Part shown: one piece after another, positions 29,539 to 38,543 of the stretch
How positions within the stretch are numbered: the first letter of the stretch is position 1
Layout of the letters: each line of letters opens with the position of its first letter
NCBI GenBank assembly: GCA_022703645.1
Contig: JAKLDG010000001.1
Location: 733,254-797,253 of the forward strand
Direction of reading: 5' to 3'
DNA length: 64,000 nucleotides
Source: Patescibacteria group bacterium
GTDB taxonomy: Bacteria > Patescibacteriota > JACPGU01
Made by a program: the position numbers and the translations under genes
Notes under the pieces: model-generated
The model's database searches: none
What the model saw: the letters and a program-made list of their open reading frames with translations, nothing else
What the model was told of the DNA's origin: nothing

Positions 29539-31102
29539 AAGATTGAATTACAGAAACAACATTATAGACAATAAAACCATGAAACGCATTACTGAGGACC
29601 CAATTTTTAGAGCAGAATTGTGTCGCAAAAGTTTCAAATGGTTTTTTATTGTTTATTTTGCAGATTACATAGAATACCCAATAGCAGAATTTCATAACGA
29701 ATTATTCGAAATTGCGGAAAATGAAAAAATAAAAACCGCAGTGATTACCGCCTTCAGGTCATCGGCAAAAAGCACAATTCTTACTGTGGCTTATGCAATA
29801 TGGGCAATTCTTGGACAACAAAATAGAAAGTTTGTTGTACTTGTAAGCCAAACCCAAGAACAGGTTCGTGTTCACTTCAAAAATATCAAGAGAGCATTGG
29901 AATCTAACACTCTTTTGAAAGAAGATTTGGGACCATTTGAAGAAGATGAGTGGAATTCCGCTTCGATAGTAATAACCAAACTGAATGCAAGGATTACCGC
30001 TCTATCTTCTGAACAAAGCTTCCGAGGCGCGATCCATGGGCATACTCGCCCCCAATTAATCCTGTGCGATGATATAGAGGATACCACCTCAGTAAAAACT
30101 AGAGAGGGACGGGATAAAATATATAAATGGTTCAATAGCGAAATCATGCCTTTGGGGGATCAAAATACCAGGACAATAGTATTTGGTAATTTAACCCACG
30201 AAGATTGTCTATTGATGAGATTAAAGAAAGAAATAGAAAGTGGTGAAAGATCAGGAATTTACCGAGAATACCCCATGATCGATGAAAATGGTAAAATCCT
30301 TTGGCCGGGCAAATACCCAAGCGAAGAAGCAATTGAAGAAGAAAGAAAAAAAATGGATAAATTCTCTTTTGCTAGAGAATTCATGCTCCAAATAATCGAT
30401 GATCGAGAAGCCGTAATAAACAAAGAGGACATCCATTATTATGCTGGCAAAATCCCAGAGCCACTGAGAAATCAATCATGGAGTTATGTCACTGGGATAG
30501 ACTTAGCAATCTCGCAAAAGGATAGCGCTGATTGTACAGCGATGGTAACCATGAAAATAATCGGCGAAGACGAAAAGATGCGAATATATGTTTTACCGCA
30601 TCCTATCAATGATAGGTTAACTTTTTCACAAATATTAGAAACTGGAGTTACTCTTTCTCAAAGTTTGGGCGGGAGAGGTAATAATCTATATTGCGTGGAA
30701 GAAGTGATGCTGCAAGGCTATCTAACTCAACACTTCAAAGATAATAATCTTAACGCAGAGGGAGTTAAGATAAGTGGTATGGACAAAAGAACCCGACTTA
30801 TAATGACATCTGATTGGATAAGAAAAGGAATTATTCTGTTCCCAGAAAGAGGCGCAGAAGATTTGATAAAACAAATCTTGGGTTTTGGGGTTGAAAAGCA
30901 TGATGACTTGGTGGATTCTTTTACTATCGCTATCTTAAGAACGATTAATAATCCTCCGGAAGAAATTATTTCTTTAGCTTTTTGTCGTTCATCAGATGAA
31001 ACTGACGGTCATGGTTCCATACCTGAGGGGTATCATTATAGTAAACACACTGTGCTTAGAGGCGATGATTTTGTAACAGAATATCGCCTTACACCAAATT
31101 AA
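29531..31102 (+). CDS. Phage terminase large subunit
   Basis: Walker A AFRSSAKST, Walker B LILCDDIED and a C-terminal RNaseH-like nuclease region with conserved Asp residues. Confidence 0.8.
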   Translation: MSKRLNYRNNIIDNKTMKRITEDPIFRAELCRKSFKWFFIVYFADYIEYPIAEFHNELFEIAENEKIKTAVITAFRSSAKSTILTVAYAIWAILGQQNRKFVVLVSQTQEQVRVHFKNIKRALESNTLLKEDLGPFEEDEWNSASIVITKLNARITALSSEQSFRGAIHGHTRPQLILCDDIEDTTSVKTREGRDKIYKWFNSEIMPLGDQNTRTIVFGNLTHEDCLLMRLKKEIESGERSGIYREYPMIDENGKILWPGKYPSEEAIEEERKKMDKFSFAREFMLQIIDDREAVINKEDIHYYAGKIPEPLRNQSWSYVTGIDLAISQKDSADCTAMVTMKIIGEDEKMRIYVLPHPINDRLTFSQILETGVTLSQSLGGRGNNLYCVEEVMLQGYLTQHFKDNNLNAEGVKISGMDKRTRLIMTSDWIRKGIILFPERGAEDLIKQILGFGVEKHDDLVDSFTIAILRTINNPPEEIISLAFCRSSDETDGHGSIPEGYHYSKHTVLRGDDFVTEYRLTPN

Positions 31103-31211
31103 AAGGGAGTTTTTAGGGCTTTTTGAAAAAGAGTTGTCTACAGCTTTAAGTCTGGACTTACTTACCCCTTAGCGGTACTCTCCTTACTACTATACTAGTA
31201 ACAAGGAATAT

Positions 31212-32618
31212 ATGGGTAAAATAAGTGGCAATTTAGTGAGCCCAGTAAGAGAAACTGGGAGCCAAAACTGGGTCAGTTTTGAGCAGGATACTAAGGTGAG
31301 GTACTGCCTCTACGCTAGAAAATCAACAGAAGATGATGAGAGGCAGGCATTATCTATTGATTCCCAGATCAAAGAGATGCTGGAATCAGCCCAAAGAGAA
31401 GGGCTGGAGGTGGTGGATGTAAGGCGAGAGTCCCACTCCGCTAAGAGTTCGGGATGCAGGCCAGTATTCAACCAAATACTGATTGATATTAAGGCCGGAT
31501 TGTTTAATGGAATTTTAAGCTGGGCACCGGACAGGTTAAGCAGAAATGCCGGAGATTTGGGAACCGTCGTAGATCTTATGGATCAGGGACATCTGAAACA
31601 GATTAAAACTAACGGTCAATCCTTCACCAATTCTCCTAATGAGAAGTTCATGCTAATGATCCTCTGCTCTCAGGCAAAGCTAGAAAATGATAATAAAGGT
31701 GAGAATGTAAAAAGAGGATTGAGGGCTAAATGTGAGCTGGGTTATCGCCCAGGGATGACCCCCCTCGGATATCTTAATGAATATATCGGGATCAAGGGAA
31801 AAATGAAGATCTTCCTTGATCCCGTTCGGGCTCCCATTATTAGAGAGATGTTTGAAAAAGTAGCTTATGAGAACTGGAGCGGTAGAGATCTGTATAGATG
31901 GCTCGTAGATGAAAAAGATTTTAAGACCAGGACAGGTCATCGATTTACTATTAGTGGAATATTGAGAACGCTTGGGACACCGTTTTATTATGGAGAGTTT
32001 GAGTATCCTGAGGGATCAGGCAACTGGTACAAAGGAGCTCATGAACCATTGATAACCAAGGAATTATTCGAAAAGGTGAGAGCCAATATGGCAGTAGCAC
32101 CCAAGGCAAGACCTGGATTAAAGGAATTTGAATTTACAAAACTAATCAAATGCGGAACCTGCGGTAGAACTATCATTGCAGATGAGAGATTCAGAAAATT
32201 AAAAGATGGGGGTATGAATAGACATGTCTACTATCACTGCACTCAGAAGATCGAACGAGAATGTCATGAACCACCTATCGGCGAAGAAGAATTGATAGAA
32301 CAGATGGTAAAGCTGATTGATAAAATGAATTTTAGAAAAAGAAGTATCAGTGATAGAATCAAAAACGAAATACTGAAATACAATAGGTTTTCTGAAGTGC
32401 TCTTCGGAAATCAATACCTGGAAAAAGAAAAAGTTAAATCAGACCAGCAAAATATTAGGGCGTACGCCAAGTACGTCCTCCGAGAAGGAACAAAGGATGA
32501 GAAAAGGGAATTACTAACAGATCTAAAAACAAAATTGGTACTACATAATAAGCAGATATCATTAGAGGATGAGAAAATCATAAATAGCGTAAATAAGCCA
32601 GAAATTGACAAACAATAA
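31212..32618 (+). CDS. Large serine recombinase (phage-type serine integrase)
   Basis: Resolvase-like catalytic domain YARKSTEDDERQALSIDSQ. Recombinase domain and zinc ribbon CGTCGRT...YYHC. Confidence 0.85.
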   Translation: MGKISGNLVSPVRETGSQNWVSFEQDTKVRYCLYARKSTEDDERQALSIDSQIKEMLESAQREGLEVVDVRRESHSAKSSGCRPVFNQILIDIKAGLFNGILSWAPDRLSRNAGDLGTVVDLMDQGHLKQIKTNGQSFTNSPNEKFMLMILCSQAKLENDNKGENVKRGLRAKCELGYRPGMTPLGYLNEYIGIKGKMKIFLDPVRAPIIREMFEKVAYENWSGRDLYRWLVDEKDFKTRTGHRFTISGILRTLGTPFYYGEFEYPEGSGNWYKGAHEPLITKELFEKVRANMAVAPKARPGLKEFEFTKLIKCGTCGRTIIADERFRKLKDGGMNRHVYYHCTQKIERECHEPPIGEEELIEQMVKLIDKMNFRKRSISDRIKNEILKYNRFSEVLFGNQYLEKEKVKSDQQNIRAYAKYVLREGTKDEKRELLTDLKTKLVLHNKQISLEDEKIINSVNKPEIDKQ

Positions 32619-32660
32619 CATTCATGCTATCATATCTATAATTTTATTAAACTAAAAAAT

Positions 32661-33794
32661 ATGTTAAAAAAATCTTTGTTTTGCATTCTATTCTTTCTAT
32701 CAGGACTTGCCTTCTTAATCCCGACCAATTCTGTGAAAGCAGCGAACGTTAACCAAAAAGCTTATGATTATGAATTAGTTGACCAGCAACCATCTGTTCC
32801 CATTACAATGGATCCCGGTGAAACTAAAACTTTTTGGCTTGAATTGAAAAATACTGGTACAGAAACTTGGAATAATTATGATAAAGCACAAAACCCCGTA
32901 AGCCTTGGCACTGGTTCTATTTATGATCCAGAAAACAGAGGCCATGATTATGCAGATTATTTTATTAATGATATTATTTCTGAAAATAGCTCCGTGAATA
33001 GGGTTGGGTATTTCTCAGATGGAGTACAAAGCTTGGTAATTATTAAATCGGGCTGGAATGTTAGAATTCAATTCCAAGTGAAAGCCCCCTATACCCCAGG
33101 AATTTACAGAGAATATTTCACTCCTGTAGTAGATGGGATAACATGGATGAAAGATATTGGAATTTATTGGGAGATTACAGTTACAGATCAATGGCAAAAT
33201 AAAACTATAGATTTATATAACAATCAAATACTCTTAAAATCAAAAGTTGGAGATACTGTCCGGGTTCATTCCGATGACATACATAGCTTAACTTACGATG
33301 CAAGTATTCTGCAATATACCGCACCATCAAATTATTGTTATAATTCGGTAAATTGCCAAACGGTTTATGACTTTCAAATTATAGGTAGCGGTTTTACCGG
33401 TATAAGCGGTAACAATTTTTATAGTTCAATTATAGCTGATCGGAATTACTATTATTATGATGCCGGCTTGCAGCAGAAATTAAATGGTGCAAAAAATGGA
33501 GATATTGTTATTGTAAGAATACAAAATGTGGGCAACAGGGCTGACGGAATGTTTTTTGATAAAGGCTATCTTTATGATAATCCAATACTTTCCTCTCAAG
33601 GAATAAAAATGAAACAGGAGAAAAATCTCGTCCCTATTTCTCGGATGGTTGGCGATATTGGTTTAATGAATTGGGCAGAAGAACAATGGGTATTTGAAGT
33701 CTTAGATGTAAATGCAAATAATAATATAACAATTAAAACCGCACCAGATTTAAGTGGATTTACCGCTGAGGTGTTTACATTAAATATCAAATAG
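32661..33794 (+). CDS. Secreted protein, paralog A (signal peptide; Ig/CARDB-like N-terminal domain; C-terminal conserved domain)
   Basis: Signal peptide. Motifs shared with the next gene: AYDYELVDQQPS, KNTGTETW, TWMKDIGIYWEI, ADRNYYYYD, GDIVIVR, QWVFEVLD. Confidence 0.55.
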   Translation: MLKKSLFCILFFLSGLAFLIPTNSVKAANVNQKAYDYELVDQQPSVPITMDPGETKTFWLELKNTGTETWNNYDKAQNPVSLGTGSIYDPENRGHDYADYFINDIISENSSVNRVGYFSDGVQSLVIIKSGWNVRIQFQVKAPYTPGIYREYFTPVVDGITWMKDIGIYWEITVTDQWQNKTIDLYNNQILLKSKVGDTVRVHSDDIHSLTYDASILQYTAPSNYCYNSVNCQTVYDFQIIGSGFTGISGNNFYSSIIADRNYYYYDAGLQQKLNGAKNGDIVIVRIQNVGNRADGMFFDKGYLYDNPILSSQGIKMKQEKNLVPISRMVGDIGLMNWAEEQWVFEVLDVNANNNITIKTAPDLSGFTAEVFTLNIK

Positions 33795-33840
33795 ATTATT
33801 TAAAATAGTTTTTCTGCCATTTATTATTAATTTCACAAAA

Positions 33841-35073
33841 ATGAAAAAACAGTTCTTAAAACTAATGTTTATAGCCTTTTTTGCTAGCATCATATTTGTT
33901 CCAATTTATAGTGTCAATGCTACTACAAAGAAACCAGTGGTAAAGGCTTATGATTATGAATTGGTCGATCAGCAACCATCGGAAATCATTACAATGCAAC
34001 CAGGAGAAATCAGAACTGTTTGGATTGAAGTAAAAAATACGGGAACACAAACTTGGTATTCCGGCATTCCCAGAAGCATAGACGATCCGTCTACCGGCTT
34101 TGTTAATCTCGGGACTGGCTCTAAATATGACCCTCAATCTAGAGGCAAGGATTACCAAAGTGATTTTAATTATTATATCCCATCATCATGCGTAGGGTGT
34201 GGTTATTGGCTTTCTGTAAATAGACCCGCTAGCATATATACCGATGGGATAAAGCCGGGCTGGAACACTAGATTCACATTTAATCTCAGGGCTCCCCAAG
34301 CACCCGGTGTTTATAGAGAATATGTCACCCCAGTTGTAGAAGGTGTAACATGGATGAAAGATATTGGCATTTATTGGGAGATAAAAGTTCTCGATTCAAA
34401 CGATATTCCGTATTCAAATCAACTTTTGAATCGAGAAGAAATTAATGGGGTCAATGTGCTAACCCCTACAAATAACGATGCCGTAATAAGTAATAGAAGT
34501 ATTACCACATACAAGTTAAAAAAAGGCGATCGATTAGTACTTAATGTTCCTTATTACATTAGCAGTCTAAAATATGACAATTCTATATTAAAATATACAC
34601 GGAACACCGATGATGTTACATATACTTTTGATGTGATTAAAGATGGGTATAGCAAAATTGAATTTGAATCTCCTGACCCTTACGGAAATATTATTTGGTA
34701 TACATGTGTCAACATTGTTGCTGATCGGAATTATTATTTTTATGATAAAGGTTCTAATCCCCATTCAAGTTTGAATAATATTAAAGCTGGAGACATTGTA
34801 ATTGTAAGATTACCAAATCCTGGAGATGGCGGTTATGTATTTGGAGACCCTGAATTCTCATTATCAGATAGAGTAAGAATGTTGGACCACACTCATTTTG
34901 CCGCAACTACTGGTTTAGTCGGTGACTTTGGTGAAGATCAGTGGGCATTTGAGATTCTAGATAGCGAAAATGCTAACTGGATTCAAATAATATCTTACAG
35001 ACCATGGGAATATCAAAAATATAATCCAAGCACATACAACACAGTATTTACCTTAAGCTGGCATAATCTCTAA
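33841..35073 (+). CDS. Secreted protein, paralog B (tandem duplicate of 32661..33794)
   Basis: Same motif set (AYDYELVDQQPS, KNTGTQTW, TWMKDIGIYWEI, ADRNYYFYD, GDIVIVR, QWAFEILD) and a signal peptide. Confidence 0.55.
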   Translation: MKKQFLKLMFIAFFASIIFVPIYSVNATTKKPVVKAYDYELVDQQPSEIITMQPGEIRTVWIEVKNTGTQTWYSGIPRSIDDPSTGFVNLGTGSKYDPQSRGKDYQSDFNYYIPSSCVGCGYWLSVNRPASIYTDGIKPGWNTRFTFNLRAPQAPGVYREYVTPVVEGVTWMKDIGIYWEIKVLDSNDIPYSNQLLNREEINGVNVLTPTNNDAVISNRSITTYKLKKGDRLVLNVPYYISSLKYDNSILKYTRNTDDVTYTFDVIKDGYSKIEFESPDPYGNIIWYTCVNIVADRNYYFYDKGSNPHSSLNNIKAGDIVIVRLPNPGDGGYVFGDPEFSLSDRVRMLDHTHFAATTGLVGDFGEDQWAFEILDSENANWIQIISYRPWEYQKYNPSTYNTVFTLSWHNL

Positions 35074-35098
35074 TTCTATTAGATTTGTTTTGATTAAA

Positions 35099-35677
35099 TT
35101 AGTACAGAGCCGAGAATATTTCCCATCTCTGCCCCATCACTTCAGCACAACTCCATTGTTGAGCAGCCGCTCCTTCGTCAGGTGATGAATCACCAATCTC
35201 AAGGCATTTATTATTATAAGAAGGGTGTAATTCATACACGCCTTTATCTAATTTTTCAATATTCCAAAGTTGTTGTGGGGCACCAACACAATCCCATAGT
35301 TGAGCTATCGCTCCATCTGATCGGGAGGCCTCATCAATTTCCAAACAATAATTTGTATTAACTATTTTTATTTCCCAACCCTCGCCTTGTTGTTCTATTT
35401 GCCAGACTTGATTATGTATCTCATCCATTGAAAATTGACTGGTCGGGGTACCACTTGTAATGCTTTGATTTGCTGAAAGATACTTCCCGCTCCCCATATT
35501 GATAATTCTCACTGGTCCCATTTTGCCAAAATCAATTTCATTATTATCAACCCCCTGTGCCCATTTTTGTAACCCAATAAGAGCAAAAAGAATTCCAAGA
35601 ACAACGGCAATTGACAGTAAATCAAGCAGTGTTCGCTTAAGGTTTAATTTTTCAAATATTTCTTTTATCTTTTTCAT
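35099..35677 (-). CDS. Ricin-type beta-trefoil lectin domain protein with N-terminal TM anchor
   Basis: Three QxW repeats (QVWQIEQQ, QLWDC...QQLWNIEK, QQWSC...QRWEIF). Confidence 0.7.
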   Translation of the reverse strand: MKKIKEIFEKLNLKRTLLDLLSIAVVLGILFALIGLQKWAQGVDNNEIDFGKMGPVRIINMGSGKYLSANQSITSGTPTSQFSMDEIHNQVWQIEQQGEGWEIKIVNTNYCLEIDEASRSDGAIAQLWDCVGAPQQLWNIEKLDKGVYELHPSYNNKCLEIGDSSPDEGAAAQQWSCAEVMGQRWEIFSALY

Positions 35678-35678
35678 C

Positions 35679-36827
35679 TCAAATTTTTATATGGATTTTC
35701 TTTTGATACATATAAGCCAGAATAAACCACTTAACCCCAAAAGCAGCAATAGCAAGGATGAGTGGGAAAGCAGCAATATATATTGGTTGCAAGCCTCCAA
35801 CAAAAAATCTAGCGATTCCGTCAAAATCTATTATCGCAATTGTCACATACATAAAGAGCGGGTTGAAACCAACAACCGCAAGAGGATATGCCCAGAATCT
35901 GATTTTCCAAACATCTAAAATTAAATACAGAAATGAAAGTGCAAAAGTCATCCAACCAGCGCTAGCTAAAATATATGAACTAGTCCAAATTTTTTTAATA
36001 AAAGGTAAATATGGTGCCCAAATATAGGCTGCAGATAAAAGGATTATTCCAATTAAAAACAATATTCCCGCTTTAATATAGCCAGCAGTTTCAATCTTAA
36101 GTTTCATCTGCAATAACCTTCCAATTAAAACTCCCATGAGCCCCAAAGATATAGTTGAGATAGTTGATAATATTCCTTCCGGATCTCCCAACCCTTTATA
36201 AAGCAATTGGTTAGGTAATAGGAAAATACGATCAATATAATAGATAAAATTTCCTTCGGGTGTAAGAATTCCAGCTCCAAACCCTGGAGTATTGGCAAAA
36301 GTTAGAAACCACCAATAAAGAGCAAAAAATAGAACCGCTAAGATTGCTAGATAACGAGTTCTTAGAAATAAGACCAAAATTGAAACTACAAAATAGGTAA
36401 TACCAATCTTTTGCAAAACTCCTAAGATGCGGAAACTTTCCCAGCCTTCCAATCTCATAACACCATTAAGAAACCAACCAATTAAGATTAAAAGTAAAGT
36501 TCTTTTAAGAATTGAAAGGATAATTTGCCAAAACTTATCACCTTTATCTTTTCTTTTATCAATAACAACAGGAATTACAACTCCCATTACAAAAATAAAA
36601 CCTGGAAAAACCAAGTCATAAAGATGAAGCCCAACCCAATCAGCATGGGTTGATAAACTGTTATTGATATTTAACCAAAAAGAGCTTTGGGTAAGTTCCG
36701 CATATTTCGTGAAAATTAAAGATAGGCCAACTGTACCCCAAAGCATTAAAAAACCCCTTAAAACATCAACTGAATATATTCGTTGATTTGTAGGGGTTTT
36801 TTCTTTTGTATTAACTAATTTTTTCAT
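35679..36827 (-). CDS. Polytopic membrane protein, DUF1624/HGSNAT-like acyltransferase family
   Basis: N-terminal RIYSVDVLRGFLMLWGTVG matches the RxxSxDxxRGxxM signature. About 10 TM helices. Confidence 0.5.
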   Translation of the reverse strand: MKKLVNTKEKTPTNQRIYSVDVLRGFLMLWGTVGLSLIFTKYAELTQSSFWLNINNSLSTHADWVGLHLYDLVFPGFIFVMGVVIPVVIDKRKDKGDKFWQIILSILKRTLLLILIGWFLNGVMRLEGWESFRILGVLQKIGITYFVVSILVLFLRTRYLAILAVLFFALYWWFLTFANTPGFGAGILTPEGNFIYYIDRIFLLPNQLLYKGLGDPEGILSTISTISLGLMGVLIGRLLQMKLKIETAGYIKAGILFLIGIILLSAAYIWAPYLPFIKKIWTSSYILASAGWMTFALSFLYLILDVWKIRFWAYPLAVVGFNPLFMYVTIAIIDFDGIARFFVGGLQPIYIAAFPLILAIAAFGVKWFILAYMYQKKIHIKI

Positions 36828-36906
36828 TTTGAAAACGAGATCTGTTTCAGGTAACGGTTACATTGACCCATCCCCGGTAGTTAAAACTACAGAGTAAAGA
36901 GCTCGA

Positions 36907-37193
36907 CTCAGGGGGTGGGGGTCGAACCCACAACCTATCGGTTACACTTAATCCCTAGCTTTCGCTAAAGCGTGGACTATATCTTTGCCGTGTTCTAAAA
37001 ATAGAATTTAGGCATCTCGGTATCTAGTCTCTACGGCGCTCTCCGCCAAAGCGGAGTTCCCACGGTATTAGCATGCCCACCCAAGGCGGGTTTAGCCTTC
37101 ACCGTTATCCCGAGAAGTTCACCTCGCTGTTTCCAACGAGGGCTGCGTTTTATGTTTTCACAGCCGATTGCTCCACCATTGAGCTACCCCTGA
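36907..37193 (-). tRNA. tRNA-Asn(GUU) interrupted by a 215-nt group I intron in the anticodon loop (after U35)
   Basis: Exons reconstruct the cloverleaf: acceptor TCAGGGG/CCCCTGA, D-arm GCTC-AATGGTG-GAGC, anticodon arm ATCGG-CTGT^TAA-CCGAT, T-arm GTGGG-TTCGACC-CCCAC, discriminator G. Confidence 0.8.
36945..37159 (-). ncRNA. Group I self-splicing intron
   Basis: P1: exon GGCUGU pairs with the intron guide sequence GCAGCC, with a U-G pair at the 5' splice site. R element AGAGACUAGA and S element AAGAUAUAGUCC form P7. Terminal G precedes the 3' exon. Confidence 0.75.
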
Positions 37194-37285
37194 GTCGAAC
37201 TCTCTACAAATGCAATGTTAACTTACAACTAACTATATTTAAAGGCCCCTGACAGGGATGGGTCGGAAATCACCCCACCGTCCCT

Positions 37286-37357
37286 GTCAGAGGGTGGGGG
37301 TCGAACCCACAACCTACCGGTTAACAGCCGGTTGCTCCACCATTGAGCTACCTCTGA
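37286..37357 (-). tRNA. tRNA-Asn(GUU), intron-less copy
   Basis: TCAGAGG-TA-GCTC-AATGGTG-GAGC-A-ACCGG-CTGTTAA-CCGGT-AGGTT-GTGGG-TTCGACC-CCCAC-CCTCTGA-C. Confidence 0.85.
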
Positions 37358-37386
37358 GTTTGGTACATTATCTGTAATATTATACC

Positions 37387-38517
37387 TTATTTTAAATATT
37401 CTTTCAACTTCTTACTTTCGCGGTTTCTTCTAAGTTTGAGAAGCGCCTTTGCTTCAATCTGACGAATACGCTCACGGGTAACACCAAATTCACGCCCCAC
37501 TTCTTCCAAAGTATGGCTCTTACCATCTTCCAAACCAAACCTCATCTTTAGAATTTTTTGTTCTCTTGGGTAGAGTGATTTTATAACTCCGCGTAATTGT
37601 TCACGAAGCAATTGATGCGTTGCCGCTTCATCCGGTGCAATATTTTTATCATCTGGAACAAAATCTGAAAGGTGCGAATCTTCTTCTTCGCCGACAGTAG
37701 TTTCAAGTGAAATTGTACCTTGAGAAATTTTTAAAACATGTTGAACTTTTTCTATTTCCATATTCATTTCAGCTGCAATTTCCTCTGGTGTCGGATCACG
37801 CTGTAATTCCTGCGAAAGCTGCCTTTGGACTCGATTTAGTTTATTAATCGTTTCAACCATATGCACCGGAATACGAATTGTGCGAGCCTGATCCGCAATA
37901 GAGCGCGTAATCGCTTGGCGAATCCACCAAGTCGCGTAAGTTGAAAATTTATAACCACGCTTGTAATCAAATTTCTCTACTGCTTTCATTAAACCAAAAT
38001 TTCCTTCTTGAATTAGATCAAGAAGAGGAAGACCGCGACCGACAAATTTCTTTGCAATTGAAACAACCAAACGAAGGTTTGCTTCAATCAATCTTTCTTT
38101 TGCTCTTTCATCGCCCTTCTCTACTTTTTTTGCTAACTCAATTTCATCCTCCGTTGTTAAAAGTTGAATGCGGCCGATTTCACGCAAGTACATACGAACA
38201 GAGTCGGTAGAAATATCAGCGAGTGTCGCTTCCTGCTTTTTTATTTCTTCCAAGATATTTTCTTCACTAAGCCTTTCATCATCAAGGCTTTCTTCGTCCC
38301 CACTCTCCATTACTTCAATACCCTCTTCCAACATAATGGAATAAATTTCATCAAATTTTTCTACATCACCTTCAGCATCAGGGATAACACTCAAAATATC
38401 ATCTTGAGTTAAAAAACCTTGCCCTTTTCCTTTCTCTATCAAAGCCTCAATCTCGGGGTTTACTTTTTCTTTTTTCTTTTGCTGAGAGTTATCACTAACT
38501 ATTTTCTTTTTGACCAT
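37387..38517 (-). CDS. rpoD: RNA polymerase sigma factor RpoD (sigma-70)
   Basis: Regions 2-4 conserved: [54 protein letters not shown]. Confidence 0.9.
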   Translation of the reverse strand: MVKKKIVSDNSQQKKKEKVNPEIEALIEKGKGQGFLTQDDILSVIPDAEGDVEKFDEIYSIMLEEGIEVMESGDEESLDDERLSEENILEEIKKQEATLADISTDSVRMYLREIGRIQLLTTEDEIELAKKVEKGDERAKERLIEANLRLVVSIAKKFVGRGLPLLDLIQEGNFGLMKAVEKFDYKRGYKFSTYATWWIRQAITRSIADQARTIRIPVHMVETINKLNRVQRQLSQELQRDPTPEEIAAEMNMEIEKVQHVLKISQGTISLETTVGEEEDSHLSDFVPDDKNIAPDEAATHQLLREQLRGVIKSLYPREQKILKMRFGLEDGKSHTLEEVGREFGVTRERIRQIEAKALLKLRRNRESKKLKEYLK

Positions 38518-38543
38518 GTAAAAATTTTAATAATATGATTATA

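Larger units (their letters stand above)
27562..32640 (+). mobile_element. ~5 kb phage-derived integrative element or prophage remnant: promoter/leader, ParB-N-MTase fusion, TerS-like, TerL, large serine recombinase
   Basis: Coherent plus-strand block inside an otherwise minus-strand region. Has terminase plus serine integrase but no capsid, portal or tail genes. Confidence 0.5.

Noticed and set aside
36830-36906. Possible third tRNA or att fragment left of tRNA-Asn (ggtaacggttacattgacc...)
   Set aside because: Only short palindromes; no cloverleaf could be built.
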